Shown one piece after another: positions 24,352 through 35,910 of a DNA stretch of 64,000 nucleotides. The notes under the pieces are model-generated. The model worked only from the letters and a program-made list of their open reading frames with translations, was not told the origin of the DNA and searched no databases. The stretch's first letter is position 1. Each line of letters starts with the position of its first letter. The DNA comes from Balamuthia mandrillaris (taxonomy: Eukaryota), in assembly GCA_031835245.2 (NCBI GenBank), contig JAVKOQ020000107.1, positions 1 through 64,000 on the forward strand, written 5' to 3'. The translations under genes were made by a program, and so were the position numbers.

Positions 24352-26550
24352 TCATTCAGGTAGTTTAGCAAGGAGCTTCTCGTTGACGGCGCACTCCTTC
24401 AAGAACTGTTTGGTCATGAGGTAGAAGCGGCGCTCTTCTTCCTGAGAGGTTTGGAAGAGTGTGGCAAGTTTCTCTTTGGCACGAGTCTCGTCAGCGAGCC
24501 TCTCGCGCGCCTTTTGAAGGTTGGTGGTAATGCCCTCTATGATCTGCGCAAGCGAAGCCACCAGCTTCTCCAAGCTCTGTTTAGAGCGTCGCGCGACAGA
24601 GTAGTTCTCGTCGATGGAGTTGAGGATGGAGAGTTCCTTCTGCAGGAGGGAGTAGGTGTCCTTCAGCGTGTTGTAAGAATTGTAGTACTTCTTGGTTTCC
24701 ACAAACTTGGACTGCACTTGAGCGAATGACTCCACAAACTGTCGCTGGTACTGCTGAAGCTCTGTGCGAGAGGGGATGTCGTCCATCTTCCGTTGAAGGG
24801 CAGCAATCTCCCTGTTCCTCTTCGCACGGAACTGCTGCATTTCCTTCAGTTTCTGCTTCTCAGTCTCATAGCTCTCCTCAATACGCTTGATGTGGCGCAA
24901 CTCCTCGTTGTCCTCGTCGTCATTGCGGTTCTTCATGGCGTCGATCTTTTGTCTTAGTTCTTGTCTCTGCTCTTGGCAGCTCTCACGGAATTGGGCTTCT
25001 TGCTTCTTAAGGTTTTCGTTCAGCGCCACCAGCCCTCTCAGTGCTTTCAGCAAATGCGCATTCTATAAGAGATAACAGGTTAAATTAATTACAAGAAAAA
25101 CCAAGCAGTTAATTGGAAAGGGCACCTCAGGCGTCTCCAGTTTCTCCAAATTGGCTATCTCATCCTCGATACGCTTGTTCAAGGCGAGGCTCTTCGCATA
25201 CTTTTCTTGAATGGCATCTAACTGAGCTTGGAGCTCGTCGTGGGTCTCTTGTGTTCTTTCAAGGCGAGCTTGTTCTTTTTCGATTTGTCTCTTTCTTGTG
25301 ATCATCTGACGCTTGTGAAGCTCTGCGCCAAAGTATTGCTGAATCTGTTCTTCATCAAGATCGAGGCCTTTACTTTTACTGGCATAACTGGCCGCAATCT
25401 AAGCAGGTCGACATGTCAACTAGTTAGAAATAAGAAAGAAGCGGGAAGTAGAGAAACGAACCTCTCTGATGAGATCGGCATCGGTGCCGACGAGTGAGCC
25501 TATTTTGTTGGAGCTGACGGCGTCCTCCTCTCCAATGGAGGCAAAGGTCTTCATTACAGCCTCTATTCTCTTCCTTTCCGCTTCGGCAGCCTCTTTAGCC
25601 TCTCTTGACTTGTCTTTCATGCTGTCAGCGAACAGTTTCCTGCCTCGGCCAATTTGGCTGCCTTCGCCATCCTCTCCACCCCGTCCCTCCTCTCTCTGTA
25701 GATAACTGTTGGCCACGAGGTGCTGCTGTCCGTACTCCAAGAGAGCAGCCTGCACGCGGGACTCCTCTTCGCTCTTGTCTCGCCTCCTAAGATAGCTGGA
25801 CTGTCCAATGCGTGAGGAGGGCCTCCTATATCGCCTGCGAGGCTTGTAACGGTCCTGCACCTCGGCCAGGAAGTTGGTTGCACTGGGAAGAGCCTCCTTG
25901 GCTTTGGCCTCACGCGGCAGCTCGTACCGCTTCTCGAATTGAGACTCTGAGAAGAGACGCAACAAGTCGCCAGTTTCCTCTCTCGTTTCGATGACTTTGG
26001 CAACGAGCCACTGGATCACCGGGAATATGCGCTCCGTGTCCAAGCCTCGGATCTGGTAGGCTTGCAGCTCGAATGGGCACTTCATTTTGATCAACGCTTT
26101 CACGATGTTCTCTCCCAACTCTCTGTTGACGAACTTTCCATGAGAAGGGGGTACACAAGAAAGAAAGAAACGACAACAAAGAAACGACAAGAAAGAAAGA
26201 GGGAGCCGTTACATTTTTTGACCGATTTGAGCTTCTTCCTCAAAAAACAGGTCGACGTCCACTTCGACGTTGCTGGCTGTGATACACCAAGCCAAACCAC
26301 CCACTATCTTATCGAAATCGGAAAGGGCAGAGATACGCGCTCTGAAGTAACCAGCCGCCAACAGCTACAGCATACAGTATAAGGGCATGAGGCAGCCAAC
26401 AGTTAGCGCCGTCACACCCATGCTCGCAAAGTCCAAAAAAGTACCTAAAACGAAACTCACCATTTCAATGATCTCCTCATATTTTCTGATCTGTTCGGTA
26501 TCGATGAGCACCTCGCTGGTGCTCCTCCGCGCGTGATCAATGCTGCTCAT
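24352..26550 (-). CDS. CCDC93: CCDC93 (CCC/Commander complex subunit), multi-exon
   Basis: [77 protein letters not shown], long coiled coil. Confidence 0.93.
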
Positions 26551-26925
26551 CTCTGCCTTTGGCCCCGCGCCAAGCCTTCTCTTTCTCCTTCTTATGATCT
26601 TTCCGCCGCCTTACTCCTTTTCCTGTTTGTTTGCTGGCGCTATCGTCGGTTCGAATCCTGCTGCAGTCCCTTTGGTTTTTTTTTTGTTGTGTCATCGGCC
26701 CCTCAAGCGTCTGTCTGCAATAAATTACAGCCACAAACACACGCAGCCGTTAGGGGGAAGGACTTGCAAGGGAGTAGCTGACGCCAAGCACAGCGGCATC
26801 CTTTCTGCTCGGTCCCGAAGAAGGAGGTGGCTGCCAAGTAAGAGAGAGCACCGAATTGAAAAAACCCTATTGTAAAGCAAGTTCAGCTGAGTGATTGCTA
26901 ACGCAAATACAACATACAAAACACG

Positions 26926-28421
26926 ATGGGCAGAAAGAAGAAGAAAGTCCAAAAGCCTCAGTGCTGGTTTGGGACCCCCTCCAAATGTTCCCTTCCGCTG
27001 CAGTGCCCTCATTGGGATTTGCTTTCAGCAACAATTGACCTCTCTCCTTTGTGCGGTCCACATAGGTATTGCGAACGAGTCTTTGAGGATGAGAAGATTT
27101 TGATCCAACACCAAAAGGCCAAACACTTCAAGTGTCACGTTTGCCACAAGAAACTGGGGACAGCGGGCGGTTTGGTCATACATGTTGCGCAGGTGCACAA
27201 GGAAACCATAGACAAGTGCGTTGTTTTTATTTTATTTTGTTTCGCTTTGTTATTTATTATTTTTTGCCGAAACTCTTCCTAGGGTCCCAAATGCGAAACC
27301 AGGGCGAGACTCTGTGAAGCCTGAGATTTATGGCATGGAGGGAGTGCCCTCTACAGAGGAGGAAGGAGAGTCCCCAGCCAAGAAACAGAAGCTTGGTGCC
27401 CCTCCCTCTGCTGCTCCTGCTTTTGCAGGGTTACCTCCTGCCGCACAAACAGGTGGCATGCCCGCACCCATGCGCTATCCCCCGTACGTTTTGGAACTCA
27501 ACTCTGTTTACCTTTGTTTCCGCGTTCTGGAGTCTGATTTCTTTGCTAACCTTGCCATCTTATTGACGCACAGAGCACCTGGAGGTCCGCCCATGTTTGC
27601 GCCCCCTTATGGAGCACCCTGGCCTGGAGGTAGCTAACCCCTCGCCTTCTTGTTTTCTATAGCTTCTAACCTTATTTACTAATAAAATAACAACAACGCA
27701 GCACCATTTCCCTATCCAGGCTTCCCAATGCCTCCTCCAGGAATGTATCCGCCACCATTTCCGCCTGGAATGCCTAGTTACTCTGGCACAGCACCGCTCG
27801 CCTCTACTTCATCGGCTTATTCAACTACCTCTGCACACACTACTGCCACCCAAACAACAATACAGGCACCTCTTCTCGGCCAATCGCCTGCTCATCAACA
27901 ACCAGCCCAAACAGCAGCAACTGCCGCAACCACAGCTGCAACTTCCACCAACACAACTGCTGCCTCCACAACTGCTGCTCCAGCCACCACCGCTACCACT
28001 ACCGCTAAAATAACTTTTGTGTATTCAGACGATTCCATGTCGATGGTACGTACTACTTCATTTTTTTCTTTTTTCTCTATGTTCTTTCATTTGCACGAAT
28101 GGAAAGAAATGATCGTATGTGCATTGGACGACACTTTTACCCCATCACCATTACTACCACACTATTTTCCCCTTTGTGGCTTTGTAAGTCCACTATAGTA
28201 CGTCCTTTTTTTTTTGAAAGTATTTCACTCAAAAGCACTTTCTCCATCACTTTCTCGCTTGATCTTTGCCTCAACAGGAAGAAAAACGTGCAAGTCTCCC
28301 AAAGTATCGCTACAATGACGCCTTCTCTGAAGCTGCACCATCTCCTGTGGTTAATGTAACAGCAAGTAGTTATCACCTTTCTCCTCTTGTGGCTGTACAA
28401 GTTCTAACTATGCCGCACTAG
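26926..28421 (+). CDS. ZNF207: ZNF207/BuGZ (SUF4-like) C2H2 zinc finger protein; 3' end approximate
   Basis: [42 protein letters not shown]...[12 protein letters not shown]...EIYGMEGVP, Pro-rich middle, GLEBS-like [12 protein letters not shown]. Confidence 0.93.
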
Positions 28422-28649
28422 CAGCAATATACACTCATCCTATTACATCTTAAAACACTTCCCACCCACCATTGGATGATGTGAGTGGATGCATGTTCAC
28501 CATTTCCACCCTTTCTGCTTGCAACAAAGGTCAGTCTCGTTTTTGCTTTTAGTGGCTTACCTCAAACAAACAAAAACAAAAACTAAATATTTGAAGGGAT
28601 TGTTTACAAAACCAAAATGTTCTAATTCTTTTGTCTTGTTTTGCTGCAT

Positions 28650-28810
28650 CTCTCCTCTCCCTCCCTTCCTCCCTCCCTTCCTCCCTCCCTCTTCCTTCCT
28701 CTCTTTCTCTCCCTCTCTTTCCCTTTCTCTCTTCCTCCCTTCCTCCCTCTCTTCCTCCCTTCCTCCCTCTCTTCTTCCCTCCCTTCCTCCTTCCTCCCCT
28801 CTCCCTCCCC
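28650..28810 (+). repeat. Pure C/T low-complexity tract (CCCT/CCTT units)
   Basis: Directly visible. Lies at the left edge of the CpG-depleted island. Confidence 0.9.
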
Positions 28811-30184
28811 AGAAAAGTTTTGGTAGACTGAGCAACTCCAACAATATAGCTTTTTGAGCTTAGTCATAATGATGAAGTATACCACTATATTAATGCCAGA
28901 AAAAGGGTATCTCTACCTGCTTCCACCTGATTTAAATAAGCAAAATAGGGTCTGAAGTAGTGGTATTTCAAGAATACTTCTCTTTCTATTGTTTTAATCA
29001 ATTATTTGCCAAGCACCAAGCAGCTGTTGGCAATCCATAAAGCAGAGATATCACCATGAATCATTTGTCATTGAATTTGCACACTGAAGGTATGAACTTC
29101 CTCACCACAGTTGCTATAGCAGTTGCAGTCCCTGTTGCTCTGTCCACTGGTTTCATAACTGCCATTTCCTTTGAAGTTCCACTCTGTTCCCTTGATCTTA
29201 GAGACCTTACAATGATGAACAAAAAAACCAAGCACACAGTAATTCAAAGTATAGCTCCACAATGATAGTATTAGTGACAATAGTAATAGCAATGATGATA
29301 TGGGTGATGATAGTGAAAAACCAATTACTTATAATCAAAATATTCAATTTGATTCAGCATAGTAAAATGTTTTAGTAGGAAAGTTCTTTATTTTCTTTGT
29401 TTGCTTTACAAATAATGTTAACTCAGGTCAGTTACACAAGAATACAAGAAAGTGAACAAGACCAAGAATAGGCTTTAATGGAAAGAAAGTGTCATGACAA
29501 TGTGTGTGTTTGTTACTTGTTCCTGTTCTAGAAGAAAAAGAAAGAAAGAAAGAGAACAAAGAAGATAAAGAAAGAAAGAGACAAAATGAATGAGAAAAAG
29601 AACCAATCAAGAGAAGCCATGCATCAAAGAAGAAAGGAAAGTTTCACAAAAGAGAAATCAATAGGAAATCACAAAAAGCTAATGTGGGCTAGGTGCTATC
29701 ATAAGCTGAGGAAGAATGAAGAAAGAAGCAATGCGTTGGCAGTTGTCAACAATAATCTTATTCTTAGTGTGAGACATTTTTATATCCCAGCTTGTCTTAT
29801 TAAAATTGAGTAAAAAAAAATTTTTCCTTTCAAAAGTGTTGAAAAACCAATCCACTTCTTTATGATTTCTTATCAGCACTTTTCCTGGATATCCCAATTC
29901 TCTTACTCCTTTTTATTTTCCTTTCTTGATCCACAGGGTTTATCCCCATCAACATCTTTTTAAGCAACTCTGGGTTTATTCACAAGAAAAGAGGTGTGAA
30001 CCAAAGTGTGTACTTTGAATGGTTTTCCAACAAAAAGCTACCCCCATTCTAAGAATCAGTGAATCTTGGCAAAGGATATTCATGCTCCATGTGCAATGTT
30101 GTTTTTTATTTGTATTATAGCAAAATTAGCATTAAAGGTGCTTTGTATGGATTTTCTAATTATTGTTGAAAGTTTTTTTCCACT

Positions 30185-30960
30185 TAACAACTGGAAATAA
30201 AGACTACTTGAATATCTCCTTTATCTGCATGATCTTTAGTAAACATTTGTAATATATAAGAGTTCTGAATTTGAGTCCACCAAATGGTTTATATTATCAT
30301 AACAAGCACTACAGGCTTTTTATGCTTATGAAAATAAACGTCTGATTGAGTTTTCAAGGCTTTTAGCATTCTGTTTATCAGTGATTTTGGTTGAGTCCTG
30401 AAATTAACTATAAACTATTTTAACACAATGGACTAGCAAACTTTCAACAGTAGTTAAAAAACACCTAAGTTTGGAGGTTCTCCAAGAATCTTTTGTTGAA
30501 GATAAGAAAAGAAATGAATGCTTTGTTAGAACTGGAAATTCAAAGCAGAAGCAAGTCTCTCTTTAAATGAATCTTCAGCATAAACCCTCACATAAATGAT
30601 GCCAGTTGGTTCCTTGTTCCTTTTGCCTTTTCTTGAATGGCTAAAGCAGCTTGTTGAACAATGGTGGCCTTTCTTGTTCCATGTTCACCAGTCAAGGTAA
30701 TAGCTATCAATGGATACCGGGGAAAGAATTTCGCTTCCAAGTTTAACACTTTCAAAAGCGATATGTCCTGGCAAAAACAGTGGTTGCAATCTTTGCAGGG
30801 GTCTGCCAGGCAGTGGTAAAGCGACTGATGAATCCCTCTTTAGGAAAGGGGTTATTCGTGCAAAGCCCGCGCCAAGAGAGTGGAGTGCTTGGTGAGCGTA
30901 TGCCCAGTCGACCGTTGCCAATCAACATGTGTGCGACCACCGGGAGGATATTCGTCGACA
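30185..30960 (-). pseudogene. Frameshifted P-loop (AAA-like) ATPase relic
   Basis: Manual translation across frameshifts: SYYL/TGEHGTRKATIVQQAA (degenerate Walker A), PTGIIYVRV, a probable intron, HKKPVVLV/DNINHL (Walker B), LQMFTKDHADKGDIQVVFISS. Confidence 0.65.
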
Positions 30961-31425
30961 ACGTAGTCAGGTAATTATTATATTACTATATTAGGTAAAG
31001 TTTAACTTTGAAACCAAAATTGATTGCTTTCTCTTTCGTTTTTTTGCCCCCAAGCAGCAGCAGCGGTGGTGCTGGTGGTGGTGTAGAAGCCAGAAAAAGA
31101 GAGAGAGAGACGCTCGAGAAGAAGAAGCTGCTGTTGGCTTGCTGGTCGGTCGGTCGGGGTGTTTGCTGGCGGAGAGACTTGGTCCGGTTTTATTTTTTGA
31201 AAAAAAATACTAACAGAGGTACGTACGTACTGTCGTTGGGGGAAAGTGTTTTTTTTTTTGGCTTTTTTCTTGGGTGGGCATGTTGGAGGGATTTGGATGA
31301 AAGGGGGAAAGGCCCTTTATTTTTTCCTTCCCAACGGGAAAATATGGGGCGACCAAAGTGACTAGTACAAGACCAAGACCTCACACTCATTTTTTTGTTT
31401 TGTGTTTTGTTTGAATCGCACCAGA

Positions 31426-32697
31426 ATGACAAACGAGTGGAAAGAAGTTGATGAGTGGATAACACAACTCAAGGAATGCAAACCCTTGTCTGAGCAAAAT
31501 GTAAAAAACCTGTGCGACAAGGTTGATCTCTACTCTCTTTATTTTATTTTTGTTTTTTTCTCTTTACCAAAGCGAAGATTTTTACGTTGACCAAATCTAA
31601 TCTTCCGCACTTTGTTAACCAAGGCCCGAGAAATCCTTCAAACGGAATCAAATGTACAGCCGGTATCCTGCCCCGTGACCGTTTGTGGAGACATTCACGG
31701 CCAGTTCCATGACCTCATGGAGCTGTTTAGAATCGGAGGCGATGCTCCCTCCACAAACTACCTTTTCATGGGCGACTACGTGGACAGAGGCTACTACTCT
31801 GTGGAGACCGTGTCCTTGTTGGTGGCCCTCAAGGTCAGGTACAAGGAGAGAGTCACCATTCTGCGTGGAAACCATGAAAGCAGACAAATCACCCAAGTCT
31901 ACGGCTTTTATGATGAGTGCCTGCGCAAGTACGGCAATGCCAACGTGTGGAAGTTTTTTACAGACCTGTTTGACTATCTCCCCCTCACCGCTCTTATTGA
32001 AAACCAGGTGAGCTCCTCTGGTTGTCTCTTGTTTTGCTTTATCTTTCTTTAAAGTTTGGTCTAACTGTATACCTTCGTAGATCTTTTGCCTTCACGGCGG
32101 TTTGTCGCCATCCATAGATACTCTAGACCATGTACGGCAGCTGGACCGCATTCAAGAAGTGCCTCACGAGGGACCCATGTGCGATCTGCTGTGGAGCGAC
32201 CCCGATGACCGCTGCGGATGGGGCATCTCTCCCAGAGGGGCGGGCTACACTTTTGGTCAAGACATTTCCGAGCAATACAACCACAACAACGGTCTCACTC
32301 TTATCGCACGAGCTCATCAATTGGTGATGGAGGTAAGCATCCTCCCTATATGCCTCTCTCTTCTCCCCGTCTCTGCCTTCTGAATTTGCTAAGTGCTTTT
32401 TGGTGTTTGTGAAATGAAATACAGGGCTACAACTGGTGCCATGAACAAAATGTAGTTACTATTTTCAGTGCGCCAAACTATTGTTACCGGTGCGGCAACC
32501 AAGCCGCCATCATGGAATTGGACGAACGAATGAAACATGTGTTGTACGTGTCTTTTCGTTTCTCTTTTTTTCTTCGTTTCTCGTGTTTTTCTTTCTTGTT
32601 GTACTCATTTCTATTATCCACCAGCCTTCAATTCGATCCAGCACCACGGCGAGGTGAACCCCATGTAACTCGCCGGACTCCCGACTATTTCCTTTAG
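31426..32697 (+). CDS. PPP2CA: Protein phosphatase 2A catalytic subunit
   Basis: [57 protein letters not shown]-terminal RRTPDYFL. Confidence 0.98.
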
Positions 32698-33089
32698 ACA
32701 AACAAAAAAGAGCAGACAACGGCACATTACCCTCTAACTGCCTCACCCTTCCCACAAACTTCTATCCTCCACCACCAGCTTCCTCTCTGCTCGCAGACTA
32801 CGACGCTTTCTCTTCTCTTTCTTCTCGTGACCAAAAAAAGCTTGTGGGTTGGTGTTGGCTGTTTTTGTACCTCAAGTTCCTTTATCCTCCGAAGGGCAGC
32901 CCATTGCGCCTTCTTTCTCCTCCGCTATTGTTCCCTTTATGAAAGTCAACCCCACTTTCTTTTTCTTTTCCCTAGTATTGTTTCTCCAGTTGGTATAAAA
33001 CACGTTTTTTTTCACATTTTTTTATTATTTTGCAACCCAAAGCACCCGCTAAGGCCACCAGATGAAAAGAAGGCCAATACAAAAAAATA

Positions 33090-34828
33090 TTACAGGTAGA
33101 GTCCCTCGGGCACGCCCTGGTTCTTGCGGTAGAGCACCTTTTCTTTGGCCTTCTTGAAATCGGCTTGGATGACCTTCATACGGCGCTCGCGCAGTGCAAG
33201 CAAACCCGCTTCCGTGCAAATGGCCTGTTTGTGGCATAAAGGTTCGATTGAGTTTAATTGTTTTTTTTGTTTCAAAAACAGCGAAGCACATATTACCTTA
33301 ATATCAGCGCCAGAAAGGTCGTCTTTGGTGTGAATGAACTCTTCAAGGTTGACATCCTCTGCCAAGTTCATCTTGCCAGTGTGAATGCTGAAAATCTTAC
33401 GCTTGGTCTTGATGTCAGGCAGCGGGAACTCGATCTTCCTGTCAATACGACCCGGACGGATGAGAGCAGGATCCAGAGTCTCGATACGATTGGTGGCCAT
33501 AATGACTTTGACGTCACCACGCGAGTCGAATCCATCCAACTGATTTAGCAGCTCCAACATCGTTCTTTGGATTTCACGTTCTCCGCCCGAGGTAGAGTCG
33601 TACCTCTTTGTTCCGACTGCATCGATTTCATCGATAAAGACAATGGCGGGAGACAGTTCCTCCGCCACGCGGAAGAGTTCACGAACGAGCTTGGGGCCAT
33701 CACCCAAATATTTTTGGATAAGCTCAGAGCCCACCACTCGGAGGAAGGTTGCAGAGGTAGAGTTGGCGACGGCTTTGGCCAAAAGTGTCTTGCCAGTACC
33801 AGGTTCACCGTAGAGGATGACACCCTTGGGTGGATGAATACCAATGTCCTCGTAGAGTTCAGGATGTGTTAAAGGCAATTCCACAGCTTCCTGCAAAGAG
33901 CAAAACAAGGTAAACCCACACGCAAAGCGAGCAAAAAGGAAAAAAGAGCAAACCTTGATTTCCTGGATTTGCTGCTCAAGACCACCAATATCGGCATAAG
34001 ACTCCAATGGCGCTTTATCCACCTTCATGACGCTGACCATCGGATCCACTTCATCTTGCAGAATGCCCACCACAGAAAGCACCTGCCGAAAGGAATAAAG
34101 TCAGTTGTGTTAAAACAACCAGTGCTTTGGAGCAAAGTGAAGAGGAGTAAGAAGAAAAAGTACCTTGTTGTGAAGGAGAATGGAACAGCCAGGCTCCAAC
34201 TGATCTTTGTCCACGAAAGACATGATAGTGACGTAATATTCTGGGCCGACCGAGCTTCCAACAATGGCGTGGTTTTCGTCTATTCTCTCTTCCAGGGTAC
34301 CAACACTCATGGGCGAGCCTCGAAGGTCGTCCACTTTGGAGCGCTCTTCTTGAGCCTTCTCTTCTTGGGGCTTCAACCGTTCTTGGTTCTGCACAAACTC
34401 TTCCTCCATCAACAGCCAATCCTTGATCCTCTCCAACTTGAGCAAACGTAACCGACATTTAGTGTGTGGTGTCACTGAGAGGAGTGGGAGAGGGGAGTGA
34501 GACTCTAAATTACGAGAACAGAAAAGAGAGAGCAGTGCAAGCCAAAGAAGGAAGTGAGATTTTTACCTGTTGGTATTTTGGCGGCCACTGAAGGACCCTT
34601 GCGTTGTTTCTTCCTGGTGACGGGAGGAGGAGGGGCAAAGCCCTCGTGCTTTTTCTTCTCTTCTCCCTTTTTGTTTTTGTCCTGTGGGTGCGTGTTGTGG
34701 ATGGAAAAACGTCAAAAAACGCAGGCTACGCACGAGCGCACAAGAGAGTGAAAAAAAAAAGAGGTTCCTGCCTTGTCCTCGCCGTTCTGGCGTGGGGGAC
34801 CTCCCTGTTGTGACTGCTGCTGACCCAT
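33090..34828 (-). CDS. PSMC1: 26S proteasome regulatory ATPase Rpt2 (S4)
   Basis: MGQ N-terminus, [36 protein letters not shown]-terminal PEGLYL. Confidence 0.97.
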
Positions 34829-35101
34829 GCTCTGGTGCTTCAAACTCTCTTCCCACTACCGCCACCACTACTCGGTTTCTGTTCTTCTTTTTTGCTTTTT
34901 GTTTTTGGGTTTTTTTTTGTGGCAGCCAAAACGAAGAAAGCAGTGCAGCTTTCGGTCGTCACGGAGTGGTGGCAAATGAACCCTCAAGCCCTTGCCCGTC
35001 GTAGAAGAGCCAGGACACGAGCCTGGAGAGGGAGAATGTCGACATTAAAAACGAAGCAAAAAAAAAAAAAGAGCAAGAGGAAGCAGAAGAAGAAGAAGGA
35101 A

Positions 35102-35888
35102 ATGAGCACCACCTCGCCGACGGCCTACATTGCCACGCGGACGACATTGCAGGTGAGCACCGTCTACGTGAACCACAGGTGGTTCCACGTACACCTTTTT
35201 GTTCTTTTAACCTTTCTTTTTTTGTGTTTGTTGTTGTGGTTTGTCGCAGCTGTACCGGGATTTGTTGCGGCTTGCGAGACATGCTGGCCAGTACAACAAC
35301 AACGAGTGGACGTTGCGTACTCTTGTGACCTCACAATTCCGAGAACACAGACTCGAAACTGATCCAGAAAAGATTAAGGAGTTGAGGGAATCGTACGTGT
35401 TCTTCTCTTGTAGGTCACTGCTACTCAGGTTTTTAACCTCTTACGTCCTCCTACCCAAATCACAGAGCTGTGCGCGCTATATCCAATTATATGGTTCTAC
35501 AAGCAGTCGAGTGCGTATCTTCTTCTTGTTCTTGTTCTTGTTCTTCTTGTTCTTCTTGTTCTTCTTCTTCTTGTTCTTCTTGTTCTTCTTCTTCTTCTTG
35601 TTCTTCTTCTTGTTCTTCTTCTTCTTCTTCTTGTTGTTGTTGTTGTTGTTCTTCTTCTTCTTCTTCTTCTTCTTCTTCTTCTTCTTCTTCTTCTTCTTCT
35701 TCTTCTTCTTCTTCTTCTTCTTCTTCTTCTTCTTCTTCTTCTTCTTCTTCTTCTTCTTCTTCTTCTTCTTCTTCTTCTTCTTCTTCTTCTTCTTCTTCTT
35801 CTTCTTCTTCTGCTTGTTCTTCTTTTTACTGATCCATCCCTGCCGTATCAGAATGGTGGAAAAGGACAAGAAGAATACTAAAAAATAA
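35102..35888 (+). CDS. Small LYR-motif (Complex1_LYR) mitochondrial protein, four exons
   Basis: Spliced: MSTTSPTAYIATRTTLQ|LYRDLLRLARH...QFREHRLETDPEKIKELRE|AVRAISNY...|MVEKDKKNTKK. Confidence 0.85.
35519..35822 (+). repeat. (TTC)n/(TTG)n microsatellite filling the last intron of the LYR gene
   Basis: Directly visible, ~300 bp. Confidence 0.95.
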
Positions 35889-35910
35889 AAAATCATTTAC
35901 AGGGATGTTT

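Noticed and set aside
29056..29265. 69-aa ORF with a hydrophobic stretch in the CpG-depleted island
   Set aside because: No recognisable homology or splice support. It may be decayed coding sequence but cannot be supported.
35470..35896. Poly-K, poly-S and poly-F ORFs (similar ones at 41827-42066 and 48772-49149)
   Set aside because: Intronic simple repeats read in alternative frames.
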